DNA from: a virus
Lineage: Duplodnaviria; Heunggongvirae; Uroviricota; Caudoviricetes
Reading direction: 5' to 3' (one strand)
Virus record (IMG/VR): IMGVR_UViG_2711768068_000022
DNA length: 17,603 bases
This document shows positions 1 through 9,375 of the stretch, in pieces (the stretch's first letter is position 1; the number at the start of each line of letters is the position of its first letter). The notes under the pieces were generated by a model. That model was not told where the DNA came from and did no database searches. It was given only the letters and a program-made list of their open reading frames with translations. The position numbers and the translations under genes were made by a program.

Positions 1-1461
1 ATGAAAAAATTACTGCGTCTTTTTTTCCCGCTCTCACTGCGGGTACGTTTTCTGTTGGCAACGGCTGCGGTAGTACTGGTGCTTTCGCTTGCCTACGGAA
101 TGGTCGCGCTGATCGGTTATAGCGTCAGTTTCGATAAAACTACGTTTCGGCTGTTACGTGGCGAGAGCAATCTGTTCTATACCCTTGCGAAGTGGGAAAA
201 CAATAAGTTGCATGTCGAGTTACCCGAAAATATCGACAAGCAAAGCCCCACCATGACGCTAATTTATGATGAGAACGGGCAGCTTTTATGGGCGCAACGT
301 GACGTGCCCTGGCTGATGAAGATGATCCAGCCTGACTGGCTGAAATCGAATGGTTTTCATGAAATTGAAGCGGATGTTAACGATACCAGCCTCTTGCTGA
401 GTGGAGATCATTCGATACAGCAACAGTTGCAGGAAGTGCGGGAAGATGATGACGACGCGGAGATGACCCACTCGGTGGCAGTAAACGTCTACCCGGCAAC
501 ATCGCGGATGCCAAAATTAACCTTTGTGGTGGTGGATACCATTCCGGTGGAGCTAAAAAGTTCCTATATGGTCTGGAGCTGGTTTATCTATGTGCTCTCA
601 GCCAATCTGCTGTTAGTGATCCCGCTGCTGTGGGTCGCCGCCTGGTGGAGTTTACGCCCCATCGAAGCCCTGGCAAAAGAAGTCCGCGAACTGGAAGAAC
701 ATAACCGCGAATTGCTCAATCCAGCCACAACGCGAGAACTGACCAGTCTGGTACGAAACCTGAACCGATTGTTAAAAAGTGAACGCGAACGTTACGACAA
801 ATACCGTACGACGCTCACCGACCTGACCCATAGTCTGAAAACGCCACTGGCGGTGCTGCAAAGTACGCTGCGTTCTCTGCGTAGTGAAAAGATGAGCGTC
901 AGTGATGCTGAGCCGGTAATGCTGGAGCAAATCAGCCGCATTTCACAGCAAATTGGCTACTACCTGCATCGTGCCAGTATGCGCGGCGGGACATTGCTCA
1001 GCCGCGAGCTGCATCCGGTCGCCCCACTGCTGGACAATCTCACCTCAGCGCTGAACAAAGTGTATCAACGCAAAGGGGTCAATATCTCTCTCGATATTTC
1101 GCCAGAGATCAGCTTTGTCGGTGAGCAGAACGATTTTGTCGAGGTGATGGGCAACGTGCTGGATAATGCCTGTAAATATTGCCTCGAGTTTGTCGAAATT
1201 TCTGCAAGGCAAACCGACGAGCATCTCTATATTGTGGTCGAGGATGATGGCCCCGGTATTCCATTAAGCAAGCGAGAGGTCATTTTCGACCGTGGTCAAC
1301 GGGTTGATACTTTACGCCCTGGGCAAGGTGTAGGGCTGGCGGTAGCCCGCGAAATCACCGAGCAATATGAGGGTAAAATCGTCGCCGGAGAGAGCATGCT
1401 GGGCGGTGCGCGGATGGAGGTGATTTTTGGTCGCCAGCATTCTGCGCCGAAAGATGAATAA
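1..1461 (+). CDS. phoQ: Sensor histidine kinase PhoQ (PhoP/PhoQ two-component system)
   Basis: 486-aa ORF with ATG start; two N-terminal hydrophobic segments flanking a periplasmic domain, HAMP region, H-box ([11 protein letters not shown]) and HATPase motifs ([15 protein letters not shown]); length and sequence match E. coli PhoQ as recalled. Confidence 0.96.
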   Translation: MKKLLRLFFPLSLRVRFLLATAAVVLVLSLAYGMVALIGYSVSFDKTTFRLLRGESNLFYTLAKWENNKLHVELPENIDKQSPTMTLIYDENGQLLWAQRDVPWLMKMIQPDWLKSNGFHEIEADVNDTSLLLSGDHSIQQQLQEVREDDDDAEMTHSVAVNVYPATSRMPKLTFVVVDTIPVELKSSYMVWSWFIYVLSANLLLVIPLLWVAAWWSLRPIEALAKEVRELEEHNRELLNPATTRELTSLVRNLNRLLKSERERYDKYRTTLTDLTHSLKTPLAVLQSTLRSLRSEKMSVSDAEPVMLEQISRISQQIGYYLHRASMRGGTLLSRELHPVAPLLDNLTSALNKVYQRKGVNISLDISPEISFVGEQNDFVEVMGNVLDNACKYCLEFVEISARQTDEHLYIVVEDDGPGIPLSKREVIFDRGQRVDTLRPGQGVGLAVAREITEQYEGKIVAGESMLGGARMEVIFGRQHSAPKDE

Positions 1462-1978
1462 ATATGTCCTTTTATCACTATACCAGGTCAAGTCATTGAT
1501 TTGATTAAACAATTATCATTGAAAAAGTGCCAAAAATCGCAAATTGACTACACCATTAACTACACCGTTCGGTGCACTGTATGAAACAACGTGGAACAAA
1601 TAGACACAAGAAATATACAGGCGGGTAATCTTTCCAGGGGGAAGCGCACCAATTCATGAGGGGCGTTAATGTCGATATGGGGATCCCCATAACGGGGCTA
1701 CCGGATTTTTTTTCCGGTTAACATTTAATCAGGCTGGTGGGTTTTACATACCCTTGATCACCGTAATGATGATCCAGATGTGCACCTTTTCCACCAATGG
1801 CGGAAAAGCTCCAACCGTAACGATGATCGCTATGGTTGCCTCGATGGTCTGCGTGGTCATTATGACCATTCAGCCAGTGACCTTAATCAGAATTTTTCGC
1901 TAAAAAATGACGTTGGCCACGTCATCCTGATAGCACAAAATCACGTCGACTTTTAATGAACGGTTAAACCGTCTTTTT

Positions 1979-2013
1979 GTCACGGTGTGTCACTGGTTGT
2001 CACTCTCCGTCAC
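1979..2013 (+). repeat. Four GTCAC motifs phased exactly 10 bp apart (starts 1979, 1989, 1999, 2009); candidate recombinase/excisionase or regulator binding array
   Basis: Sequence ttGTCACggtgtGTCACtggttGTCACtctccGTCACgatt read directly; one motif per helical turn. Confidence 0.5.
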
Positions 2014-2127
2014 GATTGAGGTGGTGGTCATTCTGCCCGACCGCGCATTTTTGCGCTATCGGGAATATAAAACAGTTACCGCCGTCAGCTACCCAGCTCA
2101 GAATTGAGCCGCCTTTTAATCAACAAG

Positions 2128-2409
2128 TTACCGCCGTAACCGCTCCGGCTTCTTCCAGTGGTACGTGATTTTCTCCTTCTCCCGATACAGTTCAACGCGG
2201 CGATTGTAGGCCAGCATTTCCAGAACGCGGATCCGTATGTCGCGCATATCCGCATCATTAAGCTGGATACCATCACGGCGCATCACCTCAGCAACAACAC
2301 GCGCATAATTTTCGGCTGTCACGCTGTCCGGCTGCGTGGTCTGTTCGTCAGCCTGCTGGCTGATTCCAGAGACGTGGCGGATTAATCGCAGTATTTCGGC
2401 TTCTGTCAT
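2128..2409 (-). CDS. Hypothetical protein (93 aa), last gene of the packaging operon after TerL
   Basis: ORF with ATG start preceded by GAGG about 9 nt upstream; 14 nt after the TerL stop; no motif recognised. Confidence 0.5.
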   Translation of the reverse strand: MTEAEILRLIRHVSGISQQADEQTTQPDSVTAENYARVVAEVMRRDGIQLNDADMRDIRIRVLEMLAYNRRVELYREKEKITYHWKKPERLRR

Positions 2410-2422
2410 GCTGCTGACCTCA

Positions 2423-4084
2423 TTACACCCCGCTAAATTCTTCCAGTTTCTGGCGGTGGCTGTCGCTTATATCAAAAGCAAAATCCTCATGCTCTGCCTG
2501 GAATGTACCAAACGCCATCAGCGCCGCCACGCTCGGGTCTATCTTGTTCGGTGATTTTTTCTTGTTCGGCTTGATATTGGCGTTCGCGTCACTCTGCATC
2601 ACGACGTTACTCATCGACCAGGACAACACCGGATCGCCACGATGCACAATCACCCTGCGGTTAACAAAAACTTCGAACGATTTCGCCGCCGGACTGAATC
2701 TGAGGTAGGTTTGCGGGAACGGCTCCACCTCAAAGCCTGCCCCCTGTAATTGCGTCCTGAGATGCGTGGCGTTCCACGTATCAAAGCCCACCAGCCTGAT
2801 ATTAAATTTCTCCGCATCCTGCATGATGTCATCTCTGATCCGGTCGTAATCAATGCAGTCACCTGGCGTTGTGCGTATCCAGCCCGCTTTAGCCCACTGG
2901 CGATAGACAGCGCGGTTTTTATTGGCGGGGTTCTGTAGCTGGAACTCCGGCAGATAATGACGGGAAACCAGCATGATATTTTTACCGACCGGAAAGGCAT
3001 AGCACACGCTGGAAATATCGCTGGTTGATGATAAGTCCAGCCCCGCGTAACACTCCTGCCCGTGTAAATCTTCCTCCGTGAACGTTCCGGCACACTCAGC
3101 CCATGCGCCGTTACCCATCCACGGGGTAGCCCCCTGGCACCAGATATTAAATCGCTTTGTCATCATCTCCACCCATTGCGACGGAATACCCCGCGCTTTC
3201 TGGATGGTTGAGGCCAGTTTTTCACGATCCACGGAAACATCGATGTTAGGGTTAGCCTTTATCCACATCGCCGGATCATCAACCTCGTTTTCGTCGTCCA
3301 GTTCGTAAATCAGTACAAAAATTGAATCGTTGACCTCTTCGCCGTCCAGGATCTGGCAGCAATAATCATAGTGCTGCTTACAGGCTGAAACGACGTTACT
3401 GCCCGATGTGGTAATGGCAAATAACAGCCCTTCGGGACGTGCGCCCATCCCCAGCTCAAGCGCGGAATAAACGCCGTTATCGGGGTGTAGGTGGTATTCG
3501 TCCACGATGGAAAGGCTTGGGTTTGTGCCCTCGATGGTTGCCGCTTTTGCTGCCAGCGGCTTTAACAGGCTGTTGCTTTTCGGGTGCATCACCTTGTGGG
3601 CCTGAATATTCACCCGCCTGCGTAACGGTCGGGATAAAAGGCACATCTGACGCGCATCATCAAAAACGATCCGCGCCTGGTCACGGCTCACCGCTGCGGT
3701 GTAAATATCCTGCTGCCCGTTCTCCATAATCAGAAACCAGTTAGCCAGAATCGCGGCGGTCGTGGATTTCGCATTTTTGCGCGGCACTTCGATAAAGGCG
3801 CTCGTGTATTTGCGCCGTCCGGTGGCCTTAACCTTAAAGCCGAGGATGCACGCAAAGGCGAACTGCTGCCACGGCTCCAGCTCAATGGGTCTGCCACGCA
3901 TCGGCCCTTTTACGTGCGGGCACACCCTGGAAAAGGCAATAAACCGCTCCACAACCTCACGATCGAACGTGTAAAGGGGGCTTTCAAGGTCCGAAAAGTA
4001 CCGTTTAACGGCCTGTTTCAGCCGTTTACAGGCCGGAATTTTGCCCGTTTTTACGTCTTCTGCGTACTTATTCCAGGCGGTCAA
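2423..4084 (-). CDS. Terminase large subunit (TerL)
   Basis: 553-aa ORF; N-terminal WNKYAEDV...GK motif typical of terminase ATPase domains, C-terminal nuclease-like region; apparent TTG start at 4082-4084 preceded by GAGGA, overlapping the TerS 3' end by 17 nt. Confidence 0.9.
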   Translation of the reverse strand: MTAWNKYAEDVKTGKIPACKRLKQAVKRYFSDLESPLYTFDREVVERFIAFSRVCPHVKGPMRGRPIELEPWQQFAFACILGFKVKATGRRKYTSAFIEVPRKNAKSTTAAILANWFLIMENGQQDIYTAAVSRDQARIVFDDARQMCLLSRPLRRRVNIQAHKVMHPKSNSLLKPLAAKAATIEGTNPSLSIVDEYHLHPDNGVYSALELGMGARPEGLLFAITTSGSNVVSACKQHYDYCCQILDGEEVNDSIFVLIYELDDENEVDDPAMWIKANPNIDVSVDREKLASTIQKARGIPSQWVEMMTKRFNIWCQGATPWMGNGAWAECAGTFTEEDLHGQECYAGLDLSSTSDISSVCYAFPVGKNIMLVSRHYLPEFQLQNPANKNRAVYRQWAKAGWIRTTPGDCIDYDRIRDDIMQDAEKFNIRLVGFDTWNATHLRTQLQGAGFEVEPFPQTYLRFSPAAKSFEVFVNRRVIVHRGDPVLSWSMSNVVMQSDANANIKPNKKKSPNKIDPSVAALMAFGTFQAEHEDFAFDISDSHRQKLEEFSGV

Positions 4085-4424
4085 GCTCGTCCTCTTCTTC
4101 TGTTTCCGGTGGATTTTTACGGCGGCTTATCGGGTCAAAACCGAGCAAAGAGGCCATTTTTATCATCACTCTTTCAGCGTCGGATTTTGCGCTTAATGCG
4201 GGGTTTCTGCTCTCACCGCCCTGACTGTTAACAATGCTGAACCCGCGCGCCGCAAGGTCTGCAACGGCTTTCCGGTAAATGGAGTAGTTGACACAATACA
4301 GTTCCAGATTGCTCCAGTCGGCGGGGGTCAGGTCTCCCCGTTCCGCAAGCTGCCTAGATTTTTCCCGCCACTGCTTCACGGCGATATCATCCAGGTAGGC
4401 GGGGGCTTTCGGTGGTCTTGACAT
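4068..4424 (-). CDS. Terminase small subunit (P27-family-like)
   Basis: 118-aa ORF immediately upstream of and overlapping TerL; size and W..L/C.NY/NPA pattern recall P27-family TerS; no strong SD seen upstream. Confidence 0.7.
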   Translation of the reverse strand: MSRPPKAPAYLDDIAVKQWREKSRQLAERGDLTPADWSNLELYCVNYSIYRKAVADLAARGFSIVNSQGGESRNPALSAKSDAERVMIKMASLLGFDPISRRKNPPETEEEDELDRLE

Positions 4425-4714
4425 GCTTATTTTTTCGCCAGATTATTTTTCAAAAAATTCCCGTGCATAAAAATTTGAGGAGGCGTTCGGTGCCCGGCGG
4501 GGTCGGGTTTGTCCTGAAAACGCCCCCCCACCCCGTCATACAGCCTCATCAGCGATTGCGGAAACATTCCATAACCTCGCGGTCACGGTCGGTTAATCGC
4601 TTCGCTGTGATGCGTTCTGCGCGTCCTGACGCTTTATCTTTATGCCCTGTTTCCTGTGTCTTCCATGCGTCACGCTGCCTTATAAGTCCACGGATAAGGC
4701 GGTTTTGTTCCCGC

Positions 4715-5155
4715 TCATTCATCAGCGTCATACATCCAGTTATTGCGGTTAGCGGCCCGTTCTTCCTCTTCACGAAATCCACCTGCGGCACGCTTGCTTT
4801 TTGTTGCCGGATCAAGCCATTTCGTTTTCTGGTTATGACACGCCTGGCACAATGGTTGATGGTTCCATTCGGGCCAGAAGAGAACATCATCACCGCCATT
4901 AATCGGGATAATGTGATCCACCACCACGGCGGGCGTATATATCCCCTTCTCAAGGCATCGCACGCATAACGGGTTTTTACTCAGATACATGGCGCGGTAT
5001 TTGTCCCACTGTCTGGAATATCCACGCGCGCGGCGGTGTCCTCGTCTGGCATCCTCTGCACGCCATGCCGCCCGCCTGTGCTCCTCACACTTGCCGGATT
5101 TAACGCGCCTGTTACAGCCTGGTTCTGTGCATCGTCTTAATGGTTGCCACGGCAT
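4715..5155 (-). CDS. HNH endonuclease (packaging-associated)
   Basis: 146-aa ORF with Cys pairs and VDHIIP...NHQPLCQACHNQK HNH motif; sits immediately upstream of terS as in HK97-like cos phages; GGGGG SD; start overlaps the upstream gene stop by 1 nt. Confidence 0.85.
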   Translation of the reverse strand: MPWQPLRRCTEPGCNRRVKSGKCEEHRRAAWRAEDARRGHRRARGYSRQWDKYRAMYLSKNPLCVRCLEKGIYTPAVVVDHIIPINGGDDVLFWPEWNHQPLCQACHNQKTKWLDPATKSKRAAGGFREEEERAANRNNWMYDADE

Positions 5156-5451
5156 CAGTACACCCCCACATCACGGTAAGCCGTCCAGAGTGCGCCAATC
5201 GTCATGGGTACGCGTGTTTTTGCGTTATCCGCGACAATCTGGCGATTCTCATACAGGTGAGCGATAAACATCATGCAGCCAATCTTTATGGCTGGCGTGA
5301 ACTCCAGCCCGTCATCAAAGCGCCTGCCTATGTGTATCTGGCACGCCTCAAGCGATGCGGCAATGTATCCGCTGATTAACTGGTCTTCCTCGTCTCCATC
5401 GATACGGCAATGGAGTTTCACTTCTTCCAGGGTGATAAGTTCTTCTGTCAT
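5155..5451 (-). CDS. Head-tail connector protein (gp6-like)
   Basis: 98-aa ORF; N-terminal LITLEEVKLHCRID.DEEDQLI pattern typical of gp6-like connector proteins; ATGA start/stop overlap with the upstream gene. Confidence 0.7.
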   Translation of the reverse strand: MTEELITLEEVKLHCRIDGDEEDQLISGYIAASLEACQIHIGRRFDDGLEFTPAIKIGCMMFIAHLYENRQIVADNAKTRVPMTIGALWTAYRDVGVY

Positions 5452-5786
5452 TTTTCCGCGCCCTCACGACAAAGAATTTCAAGGCGTGTCCTGGCGACAT
5501 CCGGCAACGGCTGCCCGATGATATTCAGTACACGCCCCGCCAGCGGCCCCGTACTGACCTTTATCCGGCTGGTGGCGTTGATGTCCTTCCGGTACCGTAT
5601 CCAGATCCTTACGGTACCAATCGCCAGCTCTACGCCCGATGAAATGGCCTCCTTGCTGCTGATCATGTTCACGCTTGCCCAGAGTGTGTGACCGTCCTCC
5701 CACGTTTCGAGTATTTCGCCCGTCATGGCTCTGGTCTGTTTCAGGGTCTGAATCGTTATCCTGTCACGCAGTCGCCCTATGTTCAT
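5448..5786 (-). CDS. Head closure / head-tail adaptor protein (HK97 gp7-like)
   Basis: ORF in the track runs to 5828; I place the start at the internal ATG 5784-5786 (MNIGRLRDRITIQ...), which has a GAGGGAG SD and forms an ATGA overlap with the portal stop. Pattern RITIQ...W...VWA...IRYR recalls head closure proteins. Confidence 0.65.
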   Translation of the reverse strand: MNIGRLRDRITIQTLKQTRAMTGEILETWEDGHTLWASVNMISSKEAISSGVELAIGTVRIWIRYRKDINATSRIKVSTGPLAGRVLNIIGQPLPDVARTRLEILCREGAEK

Positions 5787-6994
5787 TCCGGTTTTTCTCC
5801 CTCGCTGATTTTTACTTCCTGTTTCCATGCCTGACTGAACTCATCACCACCATCACGCGGTGACAGTCCTTCACGTTCGCGGGCTTCGTTCGGGCACATA
5901 ACGCCGGATTTGATGCCGCGCTCATAGGTGGCAAAGCGTTCGCCAGGTGTGGCCCGTAACAGGTCCGCGCTGTCAAACTCCACCTGATACCGGATACCAG
6001 GTACAGGCGAGGCCACCAGCAGGGCGTTTTTTATCTGCTGCTCAAAGTTCGCCAGCCACGGGCGCATCGTCATGGTGAGAAATGCGCGGCTTGCCTCGCT
6101 GAAATTGCTGTAGGTGCTGTTGCTGTATTCCTGCAAAAAAATCGGCGAGACGTTGAACATTCGGGCGATGTCTTCAATGGTAAAGCGACGGGAGGCCAGC
6201 CATTCAGCATCCTGATTACTCATGCCCAGCTGCTGATAGCTCATCCCCCCTTCAAGGATGGGCGTTTTTCCGGCGTTTCTGGCCCCTTTGTAGCGTTCCA
6301 GTGCGGCTAATGCCTGTTTGCCCTTCACGCCGTCCAGCCATTCGCCTGACGTGATAACCCCTGCCGCCATCATGCCATCACGCATCACGCTCGCGCCGTG
6401 GCGTTGTTGGGCCAGCCCAAGCCCCAGCGATTCGCGGCAGATGGTTACAGGTGAGCGCCCCATAAAGCCGTCATCCGTGGAGTAACGAAGGTGAAGTACT
6501 TCCCACGGTAAATAGTTGTGGGTGTTTCCGGTGTAGGCGTCAGTGATGCAATAGCGCCAGTTGTGTTCGCCTGTCTGCTCCACGTTCACCGACTGCGGCG
6601 GGTAAGGATGTAAAGCCGCCGGAAAACCATCACGCCCCCACTGAATAACCGCATAAGCATTACCGTTTAACAGGCAGTGGCGGATCATCATTCGCTTAAA
6701 CTGGTAGGGGGTTTGCCATGCGTTCGGGCGCTCGTTGAGGATGTGATCGACCGGATGAGAATCAAGCCACTCGCGGGCCTCCTTCCCCTTCTCATTGCGT
6801 ACCAGGTACAGGTAGCATGGCATAGTAGCCACCGCCTCAGAGATGACCGTAACGGCGTTCATGACGGCAGGCAGTGATTCCGCTGTCCCCGATGATACGT
6901 ACTCACCCGCCCCCGTGTTCGATGTGCCAGCCAGCGCCATAAATTCATCAAGCGTCATGCTGCGCTGCTCTTTTTTTCTTCTGAAAGGCCACAT
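5783..6994 (-). CDS. Portal protein (HK97 family)
   Basis: 403-aa ORF, size and position between protease and adaptors; GGGGGTG SD; ATG start. Confidence 0.88.
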   Translation of the reverse strand: MWPFRRKKEQRSMTLDEFMALAGTSNTGAGEYVSSGTAESLPAVMNAVTVISEAVATMPCYLYLVRNEKGKEAREWLDSHPVDHILNERPNAWQTPYQFKRMMIRHCLLNGNAYAVIQWGRDGFPAALHPYPPQSVNVEQTGEHNWRYCITDAYTGNTHNYLPWEVLHLRYSTDDGFMGRSPVTICRESLGLGLAQQRHGASVMRDGMMAAGVITSGEWLDGVKGKQALAALERYKGARNAGKTPILEGGMSYQQLGMSNQDAEWLASRRFTIEDIARMFNVSPIFLQEYSNSTYSNFSEASRAFLTMTMRPWLANFEQQIKNALLVASPVPGIRYQVEFDSADLLRATPGERFATYERGIKSGVMCPNEAREREGLSPRDGGDEFSQAWKQEVKISEGEKPE

Positions 6995-6995
6995 A

Positions 6996-7568
6996 TCACA
7001 CCCCCGCTAAATCCACCCACCAGCGGCGATTATCCGCACGCGGCATTTTTTCGGGGTGCTGCTCATACAGGGAACGGCGGGCCAGCTCCACGCCGGAATC
7101 GGGGTAAGCCGGTACCGATGTAACGGTAATTTCGTACAGTTCCGCCACCAGCACGGTGCGCACGCATGGATCTGTTGTGGTATCCCATACATCCTTACGG
7201 GAGCGAAAGCCAAAGCTCATGCCGGATATATCACCACGTTTAACCAGTTCGATAACGTCGCGCCCTGTACTGGTATCCGGTGGGGTCAGTTCAAAGCGTA
7301 ACCCTGTTTCATCCTCTTCCAGTTTCAGCGTGCCGGAACGGGTGCGCCCCAGTAACATACTGTGGTCATGCTCATACAGGCCGCGAACGTCATTACCCGC
7401 CGCAAGCCATTCAGTAAACGCCCCCCGCTGGAATTTTTCGTAAAACTCACCCCATAACAGTTCTGAAAGCTTATCCCAGCGAACAACGTAGCCTGTAAGC
7501 GTGTTGCTGCCGCTGGTGGTGATTTCCGATGACCGGATTTCCATACTCTTCATAATTTTTTCACCCAT
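6996..7568 (-). CDS. Prohead maturation protease (HK97 family)
   Basis: 190-aa ORF between major capsid and portal genes; GMSFGF...VTSVPAYP region resembles HK97-type prohead protease; alternative ATG starts at 7553 and 7544. Confidence 0.82.
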   Translation of the reverse strand: MGEKIMKSMEIRSSEITTSGSNTLTGYVVRWDKLSELLWGEFYEKFQRGAFTEWLAAGNDVRGLYEHDHSMLLGRTRSGTLKLEEDETGLRFELTPPDTSTGRDVIELVKRGDISGMSFGFRSRKDVWDTTTDPCVRTVLVAELYEITVTSVPAYPDSGVELARRSLYEQHPEKMPRADNRRWWVDLAGV

Positions 7569-7577
7569 AAAACACTA

Positions 7578-7597
7578 AAGGGGCTTTTAAGCCCCTT
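7578..7597 (-). terminator. Stem-loop between major capsid and protease genes (possible partial terminator/attenuator)
   Basis: Palindrome AAGGGGC-TTTTAA-GCCCCTT in the 39-bp capsid-protease gap, followed on the minus strand by a U-rich stretch. Confidence 0.4.
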
Positions 7598-7607
7598 CTG
7601 TATGCTG

Positions 7608-8765
7608 TTAATCGTCGTCCTGTGGCAGTTCCAGAATCTTGATCGCGTTCGAATCCACCACGCCACCGCCTAAATATTTCTGCGTGAAAATTTTGATGAA
7701 GCCCGGCTCTGTGAGGTTGTCCGGTCTGGTGCGAACACCTGTTTCGTGATCAACAATGTAGTAACCGCGTTTGAAGTCACCCAGGGCAATAACGTTATCA
7801 GGCATAAACTCCAGATATTCGACCGGAAGGCCCAGCAACGTATCAGGATCACCCGCCTGTAAACGGTCACGCCAGATGTAATCACCGTTCGCGTTCTTCA
7901 CCTTCTGGAGTTTTGCCGCCGTCGTGGAGTTAACCACCCAGACCGCGTTTTTGCGGTATTTTTTACGTAATGCAAATTTCAGGTCGATCAGCGGGTCCGC
8001 AGATGTCCACGCCAGAGATTCGGAAGGTTTAATTACCTGCAACGTACCAAAATCACGCTCTTTGTCGTTCTTCTCTGCACGGGGTACGGATAAAAAACCT
8101 TTTGCTTTTTTGTCACCGTCGCCCACAACCAGATCGCTTTCTTCGGTTTCCGTGAAGGTGTCGCCAATCTCACCCGTCAGCCATGAAAGGATGTCCACAT
8201 CGGAAAAATCCACGATTTCCTGTGTGGTGCGCGGGTACGCATAGACCGGATACAGCTTAATGCTCACCTCGTTAATCTGCGGGGTGCTGGTCTGTTCGCG
8301 TGCCTTACCCTCTTCACCGTGGTTAACGGTCGCACCGCCAGCGGAAACAAGCTGCTTAAACTCGTTGCTGCTGATTTTTTTCACGGTACAGATGCGGCGC
8401 ATGGTGGACTCATCCGCCAGCATTCGCATGATTTCGGTGTTCAGTTCGGGGATAACGGTATAACCACCATCAGCGGGAACGCCTGTACTTAATGCGCGGG
8501 TTTCACCTGTCAGAATGTAGCTGCGTAGTTCTGCGGGGTCAGTGGTCTGGCTGCTTTTACCTGGCTTGCTGCGCTCTTCGTCTGCAATGGCTTCAAGGCG
8601 GGAAATGTCTTTATCGAGGGATTCAGCTTTAGCGCGTAATTCGTCAAATTTTGCGCCCTCAGCATCGTTAAGACTGCGGTTTTCTTTTTCCGCGTTCTCC
8701 AGCATGTCGCGCATCTGATTTTTAATGGCGGTTTTCTGCTGGCGTAATTCGATTATTCTCGGCAT
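7608..8765 (-). CDS. Major capsid protein (HK97 fold) with N-terminal scaffold-like delta domain
   Basis: 385-aa ORF; charged coiled-coil-like N-terminus (about 100 aa) followed by a capsid-like body; first gene of the head operon; ATG start. Confidence 0.88.
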   Translation of the reverse strand: MPRIIELRQQKTAIKNQMRDMLENAEKENRSLNDAEGAKFDELRAKAESLDKDISRLEAIADEERSKPGKSSQTTDPAELRSYILTGETRALSTGVPADGGYTVIPELNTEIMRMLADESTMRRICTVKKISSNEFKQLVSAGGATVNHGEEGKAREQTSTPQINEVSIKLYPVYAYPRTTQEIVDFSDVDILSWLTGEIGDTFTETEESDLVVGDGDKKAKGFLSVPRAEKNDKERDFGTLQVIKPSESLAWTSADPLIDLKFALRKKYRKNAVWVVNSTTAAKLQKVKNANGDYIWRDRLQAGDPDTLLGLPVEYLEFMPDNVIALGDFKRGYYIVDHETGVRTRPDNLTEPGFIKIFTQKYLGGGVVDSNAIKILELPQDDD

Positions 8766-9010
8766 AAAAAAAGTCCTGGGGTTAAGTAAGGAACTCCAGG
8801 ACGCGGCAAAAACTCAACCGTTTTTCATAAGGGAATCAGCAATCGCACCGATCGTTTTCCCGCCTGGTAATGAATATTGGCGAGCACATTAACAGGCGGG
8901 AAAGTGGCCCCAGCGTCCTGGCACCACGGGCGAGAATAATCATGATTCAGTTCGGGTAAAATATGCCGATCCGCTCAGTGAACAACGTGGAACAACCACG
9001 AACAAATAAT

Positions 9011-9046
9011 TTACAAAAAATAACAAAAAGCCGGATTGCTCCGGCT
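9011..9046 (-). terminator. Rho-independent terminator (minus strand), copy 1
   Basis: Hairpin AGCCGGA-ttgc-TCCGGCT (9029-9046) followed on the minus strand by UUUUUGUUAUUUUUUG; lies directly downstream of the 9057-9281 gene. Confidence 0.7.
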
Positions 9047-9056
9047 GTATGGGTGC

Positions 9057-9281
9057 TCAGTCCCTGATCCCTTTCAGAAATTCTATCAATGCATCTGTCT
9101 GTTCAGGATTTACCGCCAGCATTTCACCGGATAGCGCGCAACGAACAAAACCATGATGATCCTTTTCAATCAGCGCCCCCGTTTCCAGGAATGCGCGGTA
9201 ATCAGTGATGTTCATCGTCTCCATGTTGTCAGCATGGTATTTATCACGCTGTTTTAATATCTCATCAAATTTCGTCGGCAT
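9057..9281 (-). CDS. Hypothetical protein (74 aa), insulated single-gene cassette
   Basis: Start placed at the internal ATG 9279-9281 with AGAGGAA SD (the track ORF extends to 9359 but would leave no room after the upstream terminator); flanked by two identical terminator hairpins. Confidence 0.55.
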   Translation of the reverse strand: MPTKFDEILKQRDKYHADNMETMNITDYRAFLETGALIEKDHHGFVRCALSGEMLAVNPEQTDALIEFLKGIRD

Positions 9282-9375
9282 TGTTTTTTCCTCTGTTGTG
9301 TCTGTTTGTTTCAGATAGTAACTATGCCGGACCGTGACGAAAAGCCAGTAGTGCGCCATACCATTTCAAATGACG

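Noticed and set aside
1681-1718. Hairpin plus T8 run downstream of phoQ as the phoQ terminator
   Set aside because: The stem is short (4-5 bp) and the T-run is separated from it or lies inside the loop; it is about 230 bp past the phoQ stop. Too weak to call.
2650-3729. Several 60-150-aa ORFs on both strands inside the TerL gene
   Set aside because: Fully nested within or antisense to the well-supported TerL CDS; no independent translation signals.
4412-4969. 185-aa plus-strand ORF
   Set aside because: Antisense to the HNH gene and crossing the putative cos region; no SD; Arg/Ser/Cys-rich composition typical of spurious antisense frames.
8859-8900. 8-bp inverted repeat CCCGCCTG...CAGGCGGG in the capsid-operon leader
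   Set aside because: With a 26-bp spacer, an 8-bp dyad of this kind is expected several times by chance in 17.6 kb; not reported as a feature without further support.
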